This document shows positions 38,695 to 41,238 of a DNA stretch of 41,238 nucleotides, piece after piece. Both the position numbers and the translations under genes were made by a program. The notes beneath the pieces were generated by a model that was not told the DNA's origin, made no database searches, and saw nothing but the letters and a program-made list of their open reading frames with translations. How positions within the stretch are numbered: position 1 is the first letter of the stretch; the number at the start of each line of letters is the position of its first letter. This DNA is from Candidatus Heimdallarchaeota archaeon (GTDB lineage: Archaea > Asgardarchaeota > Heimdallarchaeia > Heimdallarchaeales > Heimdallarchaeaceae), in assembly GCA_018238545.1 (NCBI GenBank), contig JABCTC010000031.1, positions 1-41,238 of the forward strand, read 5' to 3'.

Positions 38695-39738
38695 ATGTCC
38701 GTAGAAGAACATAGAAATATAGCAAGACAAAAAATGAAAGGACACTGTGGTGTCTATAAACACTGTGATGGAGCAGATGGAAGAGTTTGTCAGAGAAATG
38801 CTTATGGAAAATCTATTGGATTTGGAGGAGTAGGATCCGGTCAAAGTTTCAAAAATAATTATAATGCTTTGCAAACAATAAAATTGAAAATGCGTGTTGT
38901 AGGAGAAAATTATACACCTGATACAACATATGAATTCTTTGGAAACAAACTTACTTTGCCGGTCATGGGAGCTTCGCTAACTGGAGTAAATTCCTTTGGA
39001 GGAGATACAGTAATCACTGAAGCAGAGTTCTGCAAAGTAACCGTTTTAGGAGCTAAAGAAGCAGGAACTATCGGTTGGCGAGGAGACACTTACACATATA
39101 ATTGGGATTTCATGCCTTGTTATGATGCTATATGTAAAATTGCAGATGGATGGGGAGTTAAAATAAGTAAACCAAGAGATCAAGAAATTCTTAAAAAAGT
39201 TTTCAAAATGTATGAAGATGGGGGAGCGATTGCAGTTGGTATTGATGTTGATGGTTCTGGAAGTACAATTATGGCAGCAAACAACAAACCTGTTTTCAAA
39301 AAAACTCCTGAAGATATCAAAGAACTAGTTGCATCGACAAAATTACCGGTTATAATCAAAGGTATTATGGATCCAGAAGATGCAGTAGCTGCAGCAGAAG
39401 CAGGAGCAGCTGCTATAGTTGTTAGCAACCATGGAGGAAGAGTACTAGACAATACTCCTGGAACAGCTGAAGTTTTACCTTCTATTGTTGATGCTGCAAA
39501 AGGAAAAACAAGAATTCTTGTAGATGGTGGGATAAGAAACGGATACGATGTGTTAAAGATGCTTGGAATAGGTGCAGAAGCTGTTTTAATAGGCAGAGAT
39601 ACTGTTCGAGCAGCTGTAGGTGGAGGTACAGAAGGAGTAAAAGTACTTTACGAATGGTATCAAAAAACACTAGCCAAAGCAATGAAGATGACTAACGTTG
39701 AAACATTAGCAGATATAACAAGAGAAATAATATATTGA
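38695..39738 (+). CDS. FMN-dependent alpha-hydroxy-acid dehydrogenase/oxidase family protein
   Basis: IIKGIM, VVSNHGGRVLD, DGGIR, IGR; N-terminal Cys motif. Confidence 0.92.
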   Translation: MSVEEHRNIARQKMKGHCGVYKHCDGADGRVCQRNAYGKSIGFGGVGSGQSFKNNYNALQTIKLKMRVVGENYTPDTTYEFFGNKLTLPVMGASLTGVNSFGGDTVITEAEFCKVTVLGAKEAGTIGWRGDTYTYNWDFMPCYDAICKIADGWGVKISKPRDQEILKKVFKMYEDGGAIAVGIDVDGSGSTIMAANNKPVFKKTPEDIKELVASTKLPVIIKGIMDPEDAVAAAEAGAAAIVVSNHGGRVLDNTPGTAEVLPSIVDAAKGKTRILVDGGIRNGYDVLKMLGIGAEAVLIGRDTVRAAVGGGTEGVKVLYEWYQKTLAKAMKMTNVETLADITREIIY

Positions 39739-39891
39739 CGAATATCTACTATCTGTCACTTTAACAGAATCTCCAATACTCACTTAGGATTAGGTTGCAA
39801 TCAATGACACTCTAAGTAAGTGCTTGTTATATTTATATGACAAAACCAAATCATTAAGGAGGTAAAGGAAAAAAAGTGAGAACTAGCAAAA

Positions 39892-40954
39892 CTAGTTCAT
39901 TTTAGATTTTTTCTTACGAATTCTAGTCGCTACGAACAAGAAAACAGGAATGCCAATTATCAAACTGGTAATGATGAAGAATTCGTGCAATGTAGGAAGT
40001 TTATATTCGATATATTCACAATTGGAATGAGTGCTGTTTCTTAACCCATCACTGGCTACAATCACATAGAAGTAGAATCCTTCAGATGGAAGACTGTCAA
40101 CATAGGAAGTTGTGACTATAGTATCTAGTGGAGTTAAACCTTCAACTGACCAGATATACAAATTAAAGCGGTAGATTAAATATTCAGTCGCTCCATCAAC
40201 ACTATCCCATGCTAAAGAAACGCTACTTAGCTCTGTAGGGTTAGGTATGATAGTTGCTAATTCAGGAGCTTCAAGGTCAGGAAAAACAACTTCTACATAT
40301 TGACAATTGGAATGAGAGCTGTTCCCTACATAGTTTCCAGCCACTATAACATAGTAGTAGAAGCCTTCAGAAGGTAAAGTGTCGATGTACTCACTTGATG
40401 TAATTGTGGTAATGGGGTTGAGTCCTTCCACAGACCAGATGTAAGAGGTGGAACGGTAAACATGGTAGAAGTTTGCTCCTAATACATTTTTCCAATCTAG
40501 ACAAACAGTAGTAAGATCAGTTGGGTTGGGGACAATAAAAGCTAGTTCAGGAGCAGCAGGAGGACCTATTTCCAATTGTTTGTAGAAAATATCAATATCT
40601 GTTCCAGCACCAGCATAATCAGTAACATCATACCAGGTTATATGCACATGTCCTGCAACATCCACGGCAAGCGAAGGAAGAGCAGAATCAGATGTACTCT
40701 CTGTTGACACTACTTCTGTTGTAGTCCAGGAGGTGGTAGAAGCATCCCAACGTTTGTAGAAAATATCAGGATACTTCTGTAATGATCCATTTCCAATCAA
40801 GTCTATCAAAAGAATCCAAATCATATTGATTCTCATTTGTATCTAGTAAAGCTTGTGTGCTAATTGTATTAAGCAAAGAAGTGCTTATTAAAAAACCAAT
40901 AATTATAACACTTAAACCCATAAATAATTTTGTTTTTATCTTTTTCCTTTTCAT
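39892..40954 (-). pseudogene. Secreted/surface protein (signal peptide, 58-aa beta-propeller-like repeat, 2 FN3-like domains, C-terminal TM anchor) broken by an out-of-frame deletion near 40770
   Basis: The signal-peptide ORF 40766..40954 ends WIITEVS*; the other frame continues DIFYKRW..WTTTEVVSTES..DIFYK, two APEL..PNP..W..YR..EG.YY repeats, TM and RIRKKK. Confidence 0.75.
40578..40768. repeat. 17-bp exact direct repeat marking the 174-bp coding repeat unit
   Basis: GTTTGTAGAAAATATCA at 40578-40594 and 40752-40768. Confidence 0.8.
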
Positions 40955-41238
40955 TTTTTCACCTTTTTCATTATTTTTTCTTTTGTTTAAACATGAATAT
41001 ATTTTTTAAATTAAGAAAATAAGGTTTTTCGAATAAAAGGTTTGTGCATTATTGGCAAAAAGAGAATGCTCACAAAACTTCTCTTAGAACAAATAAGAAA
41101 CAATAATAAGGCAAATGTCATGCTTTTTTCAGAGATACATCTATGTGTAATAGAAAGTGTCTAAAACCAATTTAGAGTAGATTTCGTCATACATTGTTAT
41201 GAGCGATTCTTTTGCTATTTCTTTTTCGAATTTTTTCC

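Noticed and set aside
2389-39682. Many 60-195 aa ORFs antisense to or overlapping long genes (e.g. 2389..2628, 6572..6961, 11560..12147, 23874..24245, 26108..26458, 32012..32305, 39180..39452)
   Set aside because: Shadow frames of well-supported genes with no motifs of their own
39778-39821. Imperfect inverted repeat ACTCACTTAG...CTAAGTAAGT between convergent genes, considered as a SECIS or ncRNA
   Set aside because: Weak stem, no clear SECIS core and no in-frame UGA selenoprotein candidate nearby; at most a terminator-like element
40766-40768. TGA in the surface-protein gene as a recoded (Sec/readthrough) codon
   Set aside because: The downstream homologous sequence is in a different frame, so a deletion explains it
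40955-41238. AT-rich terminal stretch examined for CRISPR repeats, tRNA or origin boxes
   Set aside because: No regularly spaced repeats or cloverleaf seen; looks like ordinary intergenic DNA

Overview
An AT-rich, densely coding archaeal chromosomal segment. Several longin-domain proteins, a TPR-longin fusion, RING/zinc-ribbon membrane proteins, GGTGA-type ribosome-binding sites and a repeat/FN3 surface protein point to an Asgard archaeon, probably Heimdallarchaeia-like (inference). From left to right: (1) an array of at least three paralogous 3-TM membrane proteins, one of which the ORF track missed; (2) housekeeping oxidoreductases, a Cys-bearing longin protein and an ABC-2 exporter; (3) a ~13 kb iron/Fe-S island, with a DtxR-family regulator divergent from feoA-feoA-feoB-membrane protein-feoC-like-flavodoxin/ferredoxin-small ORF-MFS-heterodimeric ABC, converging on smsC-smsB (SufC/SufB-like)-methyltransferase, both ends carrying the same TTTCGG-N4-CCGAAA palindrome; (4) two paralogous longin + DENN-like proteins with an identical 16-bp promoter element, flanking an HGSNAT/DUF1624-like membrane protein and close to a membrane-anchored zinc-finger/RING protein; (5) glutaredoxin/FTR, an O-methyltransferase, NAD-dependent ligA divergent from a CinA/PncC NMN deamidase, an orphan adenine methyltransferase, a TPR-longin protein, an FMN alpha-hydroxy-acid dehydrogenase and a frameshifted surface protein. 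I saw no rRNA, tRNA, CRISPR array or transposase. All family calls come from motifs recognised by eye; no database searches were run.
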